A stretch of DNA of 64,000 nucleotides from Steroidobacteraceae bacterium. GTDB taxonomy: Bacteria > Pseudomonadota > Gammaproteobacteria > Steroidobacterales > Steroidobacteraceae. Each line of letters opens with the position of its first letter. Position 1 is the stretch's first letter. Below the pieces are notes generated by a model, which saw only the letters and a list, made by a program, of their open reading frames with translations, was not told where the DNA came from and did no database searches. Positions 9,430 to 16,063 of this stretch are shown piece by piece. The position numbers were made by a program, and so were the translations under genes. The DNA is taken from the NCBI GenBank assembly GCA_019683695.1, contig JADGHX010000002.1, forward strand, positions 7,846-71,845, given 5' to 3'.

Positions 9430-9846
9430 ATGAGCCCGGAAGACTTGCCCCGGGGCGTGCGCGAGCTGCTTCGCGACCACGTCACGAGTTTCGAGCGTCT
9501 GGAAGTTCTGCTCCTCTTCCATCGCCAGCCCCTTCAGGACTGGAGCATCGACTCGGTCTCGCAGCAGGCCCGACTCTCGCCGGAGCTCGCGGCCGCGAGC
9601 CTGGAGGGGCTTGCGGCGAGCCAGCTGATCCGGCAGGTGGCGTCCTCGCCTGAGCGGGTGTACCGGTTCGCTCCAGCCAGCGCCGCTCTGGCCCAGGCCG
9701 TCGACGCGCTCTCCGTCGCATACGAGGAACGCCGCGCGGCCGTGATGAGCTTCATGAGCACCACCGCGATCGAGCGCCTGCGGTCGCAGACCATGCGGGC
9801 GTTCGCCGACTCGTTCGTGTTCGGAAAGAAGAACCGCAATGGCTGA
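9430..9846 (+). CDS. hypothetical winged-helix-like protein (139 aa)
   Basis: ATG 9430 lies in ORF 9355..9846. The segment FERLEVLLLFHRQPLQDWSIDSVSQQARLSPELAAASLEGLAASQLIRQ looks like a wHTH. Its stop overlaps the next start (ATGGCTGA). Confidence 0.55.
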   Translation: MSPEDLPRGVRELLRDHVTSFERLEVLLLFHRQPLQDWSIDSVSQQARLSPELAAASLEGLAASQLIRQVASSPERVYRFAPASAALAQAVDALSVAYEERRAAVMSFMSTTAIERLRSQTMRAFADSFVFGKKNRNG

Positions 9847-10096
9847 ATTCGTCTACGCCCTGTGCGCGATCACCTCGATCGTCTGTGCGGTGTTGCTGCT
9901 GCGGGGCTATCGGGCGAACCGAACCCGCCTCCTTTTCTGGAGCAGCCTGTGCTTTCTCGCGCTGGCGCTGAACAACGCCATGCTGCTGCTGGACCTGTAT
10001 GTGATTCCGAGCGTCGATCTCTTCGTCCCACGCACCGCGATCGCCCTGGCCGGCATTGCGGCACTCCTGTACGGCCTCATCTGGGACACGCACTGA
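9839..10096 (+). CDS. small 3-TM membrane protein (DUF5985-like, from memory)
   Basis: The 85-aa protein has three hydrophobic stretches: FVYALCAITSIVCAVLLL, LLFWSSLCFLALALNNAMLLL and TAIALAGIAALLYGLIW. A basic loop RGYRANRTR follows TM1. Confidence 0.6.
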   Translation: MAEFVYALCAITSIVCAVLLLRGYRANRTRLLFWSSLCFLALALNNAMLLLDLYVIPSVDLFVPRTAIALAGIAALLYGLIWDTH

Positions 10097-10107
10097 GGAA
10101 CAACGCG

Positions 10108-10371
10108 ATGCGCCAGTTTCTGTGGGGAGCCCTGTCGATGGCGTGTCTGACCGTGAGCGTCTTCTTTCTCCGGTATTGGAAGACGACCGGCGATCGCCTC
10201 TTTGTGTACTTCTCCACAGCGTTCGCCATCCTGACCCTGAACTGGGTCGGGCTCGCCATCGTCGAGCCCAGCGTGGAAACCCGTCACATCCTTTACGTGC
10301 TGCGCCTTGCGGCCTTCGTGCTGATCATCATCGGCGTGCTCGACAAGAACCGGCGCGGGCGGGTCTCGTAG
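10108..10371 (+). CDS. small 3-TM membrane protein, paralogue of 9839..10096
   Basis: ATG 10108 lies in the frame of ORF 9862..10371 and gives MRQFLWGALSMACLTVSVFFLRYWKTTGDRLFVYFSTAFAILTLNWVGLAIVEPSVETRHILYVLRLAAFVLIIIGVLDKNRRGRVS. It shares the LR.Y/W loop and PSV(D/E) motif with the upstream protein. Confidence 0.6.
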   Translation: MRQFLWGALSMACLTVSVFFLRYWKTTGDRLFVYFSTAFAILTLNWVGLAIVEPSVETRHILYVLRLAAFVLIIIGVLDKNRRGRVS

Positions 10372-10373
10372 TC

Positions 10374-10544
10374 TCAGCGCGGTCTTCTTTCGAGCGCCTT
10401 CAGCACCGTGCGCGCGGATTGCGTGCGCGGGTGATCCTTGCCGAGAGCGGCGATCTTCTTGCGCTCTGCGGTCACGAGCACGTCGTACGCCTCGTCATAA
10501 CGCTCGAGATTCGTGAGCACGGTGCCGAGATAACGCTCGGCGAT
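10374..10544 (-). pseudogene. C-terminal remnant of a TPR-repeat protein
   Basis: The minus-strand frame between TAA (10545-10547) and TGA (10374-10376) reads IAERYLGTVLTNLERYDEAYDVLVTAERKKIAALGKDHPRTQSARTVLKALERRPR. This is TPR_12-like (LG.DHP.T). There is no start codon or upstream continuation. Confidence 0.4.
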
Positions 10545-10654
10545 TTAGCGGTTCGTCGATGGTCCGCGCCGAAGTGGCGCGCATTCAAGCCTCGCTCACG
10601 CCCATCAGGTTGGCGCGGCAACAGGTCGGCGGGAGTTCTGCTGGTCCCCGCGCC

Positions 10655-10843
10655 AGCTGTGCGCGCGCCTGCGAGCTTCCTTATCAAAGTATCGACTCGA
10701 TTCGGCAGAGCATCAGACCGGAAGTCTCGGCGGCAGCATACGCGGCGCCCTCATCGCGCACGAATGTTGCGACCCTTCCGCACGTGTTCGTCGGCGGCGA
10801 GCTCGTGGGCGGCTGCACGGACGTGATCGACGCGCTGCGCAGC
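10655..10843 (+). pseudogene. degraded glutaredoxin-like remnant
   Basis: The frame of ORF 10559 reads SCARACELPYQSIDSIRQSIRPEVSAAAYAAPSSRTNVATLPHVFVGGELVGGCTDVIDALRS. This matches the Grx C-terminal signature (TVPqiFigG..iGG.dD). The CPYC active site and part of helix 1 are missing or mutated, and the frame has no stop until it runs through the next gene. Confidence 0.3.
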
Positions 10844-10962
10844 CCCCGCTGCCCAGGCTCGGCATACCCGGCATCCCATCCGTTCTCATTCTCGATTTCG
10901 ATCCACGTACCTTTCTGCCGAGCTGGCTTCATCCCCGTTGAGTGCGAACCGGAGGATTCACC

Positions 10963-11256
10963 ATGTACAGCTACGTCATTCTTCGCAGAGATGCCTGGCA
11001 AACGCCCGAGGAGCTGCAGGCTGCCGCCGCCCGTTCGAGCGAGGTCGGTGAGGAAATGCCGGATGAGGTTCGCTGGATTCGCTCGTATGTCGTGCGTGAG
11101 CCTTCCGGCTCACTGGCCACGGTGTGCATTTACCAGGCTGCGAGTGAGGACGCGGCTCGCGAGCATGCGCAGCGCGCGGGTTTGCGGGCGGACGAAGTGC
11201 TCCCGGTGGTCGATACGGTCATCATCCGGCCGGACCCGGCACGCGGCACCGCCTGA
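10963..11256 (+). CDS. DUF4242-family small protein
   Basis: ATG 10963 is preceded by GGAGG (10951-10955). The product is MYSYVILRRDAWQTPEELQAAAARSSEVGEEMPDEVRWIRSYVVREPSGSLATVCIYQAASEDAAREHAQRAGLRADEVLPV. The pattern matches my recollection of DUF4242 (W..SYV....T.CIY.A.S.E.i.eHA.r.G.PA). Confidence 0.7.
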   Translation: MYSYVILRRDAWQTPEELQAAAARSSEVGEEMPDEVRWIRSYVVREPSGSLATVCIYQAASEDAAREHAQRAGLRADEVLPVVDTVIIRPDPARGTA

Positions 11257-11452
11257 TCGGCATCACGGCGCGTAGCCCCACGAGCCATGCATTCCCCGGG
11301 TGTGGCTCGGTGTGGGCCTGTCACATCCGAGCCATTGCCTGGGTGACACCTGATGCTGCGCCGAGGCCGCAGGTCCGGACTGCGGCCACGCAAAGGAACC
11401 TGGGCCATGCGCGCCGAATTCGCGATTCACAGCGGGTACGGGGCAGCGGCTC

Positions 11453-13441
11453 ATGGCGGACCTGTCGCGAGCACGCGAACGCATGGTGGAGGTCCAGCTC
11501 GCACACCGCGGCGTGCGGGACCCGCTCGTGCTAGAAGCAATGGGCAGCGTGCCGCGAGAGGCTTTCGTTGAGCCGGGCTTCGAGGAATTCGCTTACGAAG
11601 ACAGCCCCTTGCCCATTGGTGAAGGGCAGACGATCTCGCAGCCCTATGTCGTTGCGCTGATGATCGAGGCCGCCGAGGTGAAGCCCGGCGAGCGCGTGCT
11701 CGAAGTGGGCGCCGGCTCGGGCTACGCCGCTGCGGTGCTCGCGCAGATCGCGGATCGCGTGTACGGCATCGAGCGTCATCCCTCGCTTGTGCAGGCCGCG
11801 CAGAGACGCCTCTCGGATCTCAAGTACACGAACGTAGAGTTGCGCTCGGGTGACGGCACGCTCGGCTGGCCGGAAGCGGCCCCGTTCGATGCGATTCTCG
11901 TGTCGGCTGGCGGGCCACAGGTTCCGAAGGCGCTGAAGGAGCAGCTTGCCGTGGGCGGTCGGCTCATCATGCCCGTGGGTGCGGCGGGCATGCAGAGCCT
12001 GCAGAAGATCACGCGCAAGGCGAGTGGCGAGTTCGAGGAACAGTCTCTGGGCGCGGTCGCGTTCGTCCCGCTCGTGGGTGAGCATGGCTGGACGGAAGAC
12101 GGGCCGCGCTCCGCAACGGGTCACCTTCCGGGCCAATCGCGTTCGAGGTCACTCCCGGCGCTCATCGCGAAAGTGGCCGAGCCGCTGGCCGACTGCGACG
12201 ACGAGGACTTCGGGCGCGCTTTCGACGATTTCGCGAATCGGCGCATCGTGCTGTTGGGGGAAGCCACTCATGGCACGTCGGAGTTCTACCGCGCGCGCTT
12301 CGCCATCACGCGACGTCTGATCGAAGCGCACGGCTTCACGATCGTGGCGGTCGAAGCGGACTGGCCCGATGCCGCCGCGATTGATCGCTACGTGCGACAT
12401 CGGGACCCGCGAGCGCACCCGGGCCGCGCGTTTCAGCGCTTCCCGACCTGGATGTGGCGGAACACGGACGTTCACGACTTCGTCGAATGGCTGCGCGCCC
12501 ACAATGAACACCTCCCGCCCGAGAAGCGCGCGGGGTTCTACGGCCTGGACCTCTACAACATGAGCGGCTCGATCGCCGCCGTCCTCGAGTATCTGGAGAA
12601 GGTCGACCCCGACGCGGCGGCCATCGCGCGAGAGCGGTACGGCTGCCTCACGCCTTGGCAAAAGGAGCCTTCCACGTACGGCCGTGCTGTGCTCACGGAC
12701 AGTTACCGCAGATGTGAAGACGCCGTGATCGAGCAGTGCCGCGAGCTGCTTCGGAAGGAGCTCGACTATGCGCAGAACGATGGCGCGAGCTTCCTCGATG
12801 CCGCGCAGAATGCGCGACTCATCGCCTCGGCAGAGCGCTACTACCGCATCATGTACTACGGTGGCGCCGAGTCCTGGAACCTGCGCGACACACACATGTT
12901 CGACACGCTCATGCATCTTGTCGAAGCGCAGGGATCAGGCGCGAAGGCACTTGTCTGGGCGCACAACTCGCACATCGGCGATGCCCGGCATACGGAGATG
13001 GGTCAGGTGCGAGATGAGCTGAACATCGGCCAGCTCTGCCGCGAACGCTTCAAGGCTCAGGCGGCACTCATCGGTTTCGGCACGCACACGGGCACCGTGG
13101 CTGCGGCGACGGACTGGGACGAGGACATGCAGATCATGCGCGTGCGACCCTCACACCGGAACAGTTACGAGCGCTTGTGTCATGACACGGCTGTGCCGCG
13201 CTTCCTGCTCCGCCCCGATCGGGATGCCGTGGTGCGTCGGCGCCTGACAGACCCGCGACTCGAGCGCTTCATCGGTGTGATCTACCGCCCCGAGACGGAA
13301 CTGATGAGCCACTACTCGGAAGCGTCGCTCGCCCGCCAGTTCGATGCATACGTGTGGTTCGATGAAACCACCGCCGTGACGCCGCTCGGCCCGCAGCACG
13401 CGCGGCCCGGCGTGCCGGATACGTATCCGTTCGCGGTGTGA
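11453..13441 (+). CDS. fusion protein: protein-L-isoaspartate O-methyltransferase domain + erythromycin-esterase-family domain
   Basis: N-terminal PIMT motifs are GEGQTISQPYVVALMIE, VLEVGAGSGYAAAVLA and FDAILVSAGGPQVP. C-terminal Ere-family motifs are IVLLGEATHGTSEFY, TIVAVEADWPDAAAIDRYV and LVWAHNSHIGDARHT. It is a single uninterrupted 662-aa ORF. Confidence 0.85.
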   Translation: MADLSRARERMVEVQLAHRGVRDPLVLEAMGSVPREAFVEPGFEEFAYEDSPLPIGEGQTISQPYVVALMIEAAEVKPGERVLEVGAGSGYAAAVLAQIADRVYGIERHPSLVQAAQRRLSDLKYTNVELRSGDGTLGWPEAAPFDAILVSAGGPQVPKALKEQLAVGGRLIMPVGAAGMQSLQKITRKASGEFEEQSLGAVAFVPLVGEHGWTEDGPRSATGHLPGQSRSRSLPALIAKVAEPLADCDDEDFGRAFDDFANRRIVLLGEATHGTSEFYRARFAITRRLIEAHGFTIVAVEADWPDAAAIDRYVRHRDPRAHPGRAFQRFPTWMWRNTDVHDFVEWLRAHNEHLPPEKRAGFYGLDLYNMSGSIAAVLEYLEKVDPDAAAIARERYGCLTPWQKEPSTYGRAVLTDSYRRCEDAVIEQCRELLRKELDYAQNDGASFLDAAQNARLIASAERYYRIMYYGGAESWNLRDTHMFDTLMHLVEAQGSGAKALVWAHNSHIGDARHTEMGQVRDELNIGQLCRERFKAQAALIGFGTHTGTVAAATDWDEDMQIMRVRPSHRNSYERLCHDTAVPRFLLRPDRDAVVRRRLTDPRLERFIGVIYRPETELMSHYSEASLARQFDAYVWFDETTAVTPLGPQHARPGVPDTYPFAV

Positions 13442-13462
13442 GCGTGCATCGACTGCTATTCG

Positions 13463-14170
13463 TCAATCACCCCCGCAACCGCCACCACAACCGCCGCCGC
13501 AGCCACCATCCGCACCGTCGAAGCCTGCGTCATCACCCCACATCCCCGTCGAGCCACCACCGCATCCGAAGCTCGCGAAGTCGCCTCCGCAGTGGAGCGG
13601 ACGCTCCGGGTCCGTCCCGTACTTCCTGCGATGCACGGGATTCGTGCAGTCGGGTGCATAGACGAATCCGTTTTCGATCTTCAGCTTGCCGTCGAGCGCA
13701 AAGAGCAGAGGCAGTCGCGTGGGCTTGCGCGGATTGATGTTCTCCTCCCGGCAGGCATACCACCAGCAGCGTCGCAGACCCGCGTTACTCCGCGCCGACG
13801 AGCTCAGCGCAGTCGCCGGAATGTGATGCAAGAAGCGCCCGAATGCCTTGCGGCAGAACGAGTCGTATTCGCGCGTATGCAGGATGAACTCGTGCCACAG
13901 GTCATCCACGACCTGCGACGGCATCGATACATATTTGCAACCGCTGTTCAGGTACGCGAGAAAGAACTGGCGCAGCCCGCGGCTGACGAGCTCACAGTCC
14001 TTCTGCGAGAGCTTCGGATGCTTCTCACGCAGTTTCTCAAAAAGCCCGTAAGGCAGCGTGCAACTGCGAATGAACTCCGCACGTCGCGGCCGACGCGACA
14101 AGACATGCACGTACACCACGCTTACGCCGAGAGCAACGGCGACACAGAACAGGACCAGATCCAGGTGCAT
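13463..14170 (-). CDS. membrane-anchored glycine-rich-domain protein with C-terminal Cys/Gly repeat
   Basis: ATG 14170 is preceded by AGGAAGG. The N-terminal TM is MHLDLVLFCVAVALGVSVVYV. The motif VDDLWHEFILHTREYDSFC resembles the GRDP/DUF1399-type WH.FILHT motif (from memory). The tail is HCGGDFASFGCGGGSTGMWGDDAGFDGADGGCGGGCGGGCGGD. Confidence 0.6.
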   Translation of the reverse strand: MHLDLVLFCVAVALGVSVVYVHVLSRRPRRAEFIRSCTLPYGLFEKLREKHPKLSQKDCELVSRGLRQFFLAYLNSGCKYVSMPSQVVDDLWHEFILHTREYDSFCRKAFGRFLHHIPATALSSSARSNAGLRRCWWYACREENINPRKPTRLPLLFALDGKLKIENGFVYAPDCTNPVHRRKYGTDPERPLHCGGDFASFGCGGGSTGMWGDDAGFDGADGGCGGGCGGGCGGD

Positions 14171-14199
14171 CCCCGCCTTCCTTTCGCAGCCCCCCGACC

Positions 14200-14226
14200 G
14201 CAATGCGCATCGCGGGCAATGCGCAT
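14200..14226. promoter_or_regulatory. two copies of GCAATGCGCAT (each containing the 8-bp palindrome ATGCGCAT) spaced 16 bp
   Basis: The direct repeat is read at 14200-14210 and 14216-14226, 30-55 nt upstream of the ATG at 14170 on the minus strand. It is a candidate operator. Confidence 0.3.
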
Positions 14227-14521
14227 TTGCGTCGCGCAGAATGCCCTGCCCGACGCAAGCAATCACGCTACGCGGTCACAGACCGGTCTGGATAACTGGT
14301 CAACGGGGCGGACTGAGGTGCCCGCGCTGCGGCGGAGGGTTTCGAAGCTCGTGTGCTCCGCCCCTGCCGGCGGGTTGCAGATTGATACAGGCAAAGGCTC
14401 TTTATCGGGACCAGGTCAAATTTGGAACTGGATGGGCGATCCGAGAGAGGCGTTAAACCACGAAGCTGCGACCGACGGGCGTGCGCCCTCGCCGCAGTAA
14501 GTGCGCGGCGCGAGCGGAGTC

Positions 14522-14833
14522 TCACCCAAAAATCTCGCGGAGCACGTCCGGCCGGCGCGCCGCGATCGCAAGGAGCGAACGGGCAGCGCCAGAAGGCTGC
14601 CTGCGACCCTGCTCCCATTCCTGGACCGTACGTGGAGAGACACCCAGCAGATCGGCAAACCGCTGCTGCGACAGACCGGAGCGGGCACGGGCTTCAGCGA
14701 TCGCTGAAATGGAAACGCGGTGGACGCGCCCCGCTTTGCCGGCCTTCATCTCGCGCACCGAGGCGAGCAGCTCTGCGCCAAGATCCCGCTTCGCATCGCG
14801 CGCCCGCAGCGCGCGTTCAGTCATCTTTGCCAT
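14522..14833 (-). CDS. higA: HTH-type antitoxin (HigA-2/NadS-like)
   Basis: The HTH is ARARSGLSQQRFADLLGVSPRTVQEWEQGRRQPSGAARSLLAIA. It lies downstream of, and overlaps by 17 nt, a RelE/HigB-type toxin gene. This toxin-first order is typical of hig modules. Confidence 0.75.
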   Translation of the reverse strand: MAKMTERALRARDAKRDLGAELLASVREMKAGKAGRVHRVSISAIAEARARSGLSQQRFADLLGVSPRTVQEWEQGRRQPSGAARSLLAIAARRPDVLREIFG

Positions 14834-15137
14834 CGATCGTCCTCCGCACCTTGTCCAAGGTCTTCCCGTCGATATCGTCGCGAACTCCTTTCGCGTAGAT
14901 GAGCAACAAGTAGATCACGCCATCGGCGAGCCGGTTGTAGTAGATGACCCGCACGCCGCCGCGCTTACCCATGCCCGGCCGGCTCCAGCGAACCTTGCGG
15001 CACCCGCCCGACCCCTTGATCACGTCACCCGCTTCAGGGTTCGCGACCAACCATGTGACGAATTCACCGCGCTCGCCCTCGTCCCAGTAGTCCGGCCATA
15101 GCCGAGTAAAGGTCGGAGTTTCAATCACGGTGACCAT
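14817..15137 (-). CDS. higB: RelE/HigB-2-family type II toxin
   Basis: MVTVIETPTFTRLWPDYWDEGERGEFVTWLVANPEAGDVIKGSGGCRKVRWSRPGMGKRGGVRVIYYNRLADGVIYLLLIYAKG matches the HigB-2/RelE pattern (G..KvRw...g.GKrGG.RviYy......i.ll..Y.K). Confidence 0.75.
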   Translation of the reverse strand: MVTVIETPTFTRLWPDYWDEGERGEFVTWLVANPEAGDVIKGSGGCRKVRWSRPGMGKRGGVRVIYYNRLADGVIYLLLIYAKGVRDDIDGKTLDKVRRTIDGKDD

Positions 15138-15143
15138 CGGGGA

Positions 15144-15172
15144 ACTGTACGGCAGAGACGTACATACGTCAA
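15144..15172 (-). promoter_or_regulatory. candidate higBA promoter (TTGACG-N17-TACAGT) ending 6 nt before the ATG
   Basis: The minus strand reads caTTGACGtatGTACGtctctgcCGTACAGTtccccgATG. No Shine-Dalgarno sequence is present. GTACG/CGTAC half-sites recur four times between 15145 and 15195. Confidence 0.35.
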
Positions 15173-15336
15173 TGCCGTATACATGGCGTACGCGGGTTCT
15201 TCACGGCCTCAGGCCATGCCGAGTCCGTGCCGCTGCATTGGCCCGGGAAGCGGTCTGCGGGCCGTCTCGCCAGTTCGTATCATCCGATGGATGTCCGACC
15301 GTGCCGATCGGCTGAAAGATGCGATAGCACGCGCAG

Positions 15337-15364
15337 CGCGATTCCATGGACGCGATTCCATGGA
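15337..15364. repeat. perfect 14-bp tandem duplication CGCGATTCCATGGA x2
   Basis: Read directly: cgcgattccatgga cgcgattccatgga. It lies 46 nt beyond the 3' end of tRNA-Lys. Each unit contains CCATGG. Confidence 0.9.
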
Positions 15365-15409
15365 GAAGTCCCGCCGCTGACTTTGTTCGTTATCGCCGAA
15401 ACTGGAAGC

Positions 15410-15485
15410 TGGTGGGCCGTGTAGGGATCGAACCTACGACCAAGAGATTAAGAGTCTCCTGCTCTACCAGCTGAGCTAACGGCCC
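15410..15485 (-). tRNA. tRNA-Lys (anticodon CUU)
   Basis: The reverse complement is GGGCCGTTAGCTCAGCTGGTAGAGCAGGAGACTCTTAATCTCTTGGTCGTAGGTTCGATCCCTACACGGCCCACCA. It has a cloverleaf, anticodon loop CTCTTAA and encoded CCA. Confidence 0.92.
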
Positions 15486-15498
15486 ATCCTTGAAATTG

Positions 15499-15575
15499 TG
15501 GGGTGAGCGATGGGACTCGAACCCACGACAACCGGGATCACAACCCGGGGCTCTACCAACTGAGCTACGCCCACC
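15499..15575 (-). tRNA. tRNA-His (anticodon GUG) with G-1
   Basis: The reverse complement is GGTGGGCGTAGCTCAGTTGGTAGAGCCCCGGGTTGTGATCCCGGTTGTCGTGGGTTCGAGTCCCATCGCTCACCCCA. The anticodon loop is TTGTGAT and the extra 5' G is typical of tRNA-His. Confidence 0.92.
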
Positions 15576-15664
15576 ATCGTCTCAAACCCGGGTGCTGCAA
15601 TCCGCCACCGGCGGACTCACGCACGCGACCCCTGCATCCGACGCACCTGCCGCGGCCACGCACC

Positions 15665-15741
15665 TGGCGTGCCCGGCAGGACTCGAACCTGCGACCCTCG
15701 GCTTAGAAGGCCGATGCTCTATCCGGCTGAGCTACGGGCAC
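15665..15741 (-). tRNA. tRNA-Arg (anticodon UCU)
   Basis: The reverse complement is GTGCCCGTAGCTCAGCCGGATAGAGCATCGGCCTTCTAAGCCGAGGGTCGCAGGTTCGAGTCCTGCCGGGCACGCCA. The acceptor stem is GTGCCCG/CGGGCAC and the anticodon loop is CTTCTAA. Confidence 0.9.
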
Positions 15742-15797
15742 GCGGAACGTACAGGCTCGAATGCTCGTCCCGCCGGACCCTCCGCACGGGGGCCGCG

Positions 15798-15827
15798 ATC
15801 ATACGGAAGTGGGCGGAGAAGCGTCAA
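15798..15827 (-). promoter_or_regulatory. candidate promoter for tRNA-Arg-His-Lys (TTGACG-N18-TATGAT + GC-rich discriminator)
   Basis: The minus strand reads aaaTTGACGcttctccgcccacttccgTATGATcgcggcccccgtgc, about 55 nt upstream of tRNA-Arg. It is roughly 85 percent identical by eye to the cassette upstream of tRNA-Pro. Confidence 0.5.
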
Positions 15828-15901
15828 TTTGGGCGCAACCTCGGACGGGCAGCTTCGGCATGAATGACCAAAAAGCAACGACACCCCGCGCTCGCGTGAA
15901 C

Positions 15902-15978
15902 TGGTCGGGGCAGCAGGATTCGAACCTGCGACCCTCTGCTCCCAAAGCAGATGCGCTACCAGACTGCGCCATGCCCCG
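15902..15978 (-). tRNA. tRNA-Pro (anticodon UGG)
   Basis: The reverse complement is CGGGGCATGGCGCAGTCTGGTAGCGCATCTGCTTTGGGAGCAGAGGGTCGCAGGTTCGAATCCTGCTGCCCCGACCA. The anticodon loop is TTTGGGA. Confidence 0.92.
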
Positions 15979-16033
15979 AACCGCGCTTCAAACGCCGCTC
16001 CCGGGCTTGGCAGACCCGCTGAACGGGGGCCGG

Positions 16034-16063
16034 ATGATACGAGAGCGGGCGTGGAAGCGCCAA
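16034..16063 (-). promoter_or_regulatory. candidate promoter for tRNA-Pro (TTGGCG-N18-TATCAT + GC-rich discriminator)
   Basis: The minus strand reads gcaTTGGCGcttccacgcccgctctcgTATCATccggcccccgttc, about 55 nt upstream of tRNA-Pro and just downstream of the cysS stop. Confidence 0.45.

Noticed and set aside
10684-11001. Minus-strand ORF of 105 aa (…MKPARQKGTWIEIENENGWDAGYAEPGQRG…) overlapping the DUF4242 start region.
   Set aside because: It overlaps the DUF4242 gene and its RBS, shows no family resemblance, and its second half is simply the antisense of the glutaredoxin-like remnant.
13442-15409. A possible genomic island integrated at tRNA-Lys (Gly/Cys-tail protein, higBA).
   Set aside because: I looked by eye for a direct repeat of the tRNA-Lys 3' end (tggtgggccgtgtagggatcgaacc) at lower coordinates and found only a poor resemblance near 11310-11330 (cggtgtgggcctgtcac). 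No integrase, excisionase or transposase ORF is present. The evidence is insufficient to call a mobile element.
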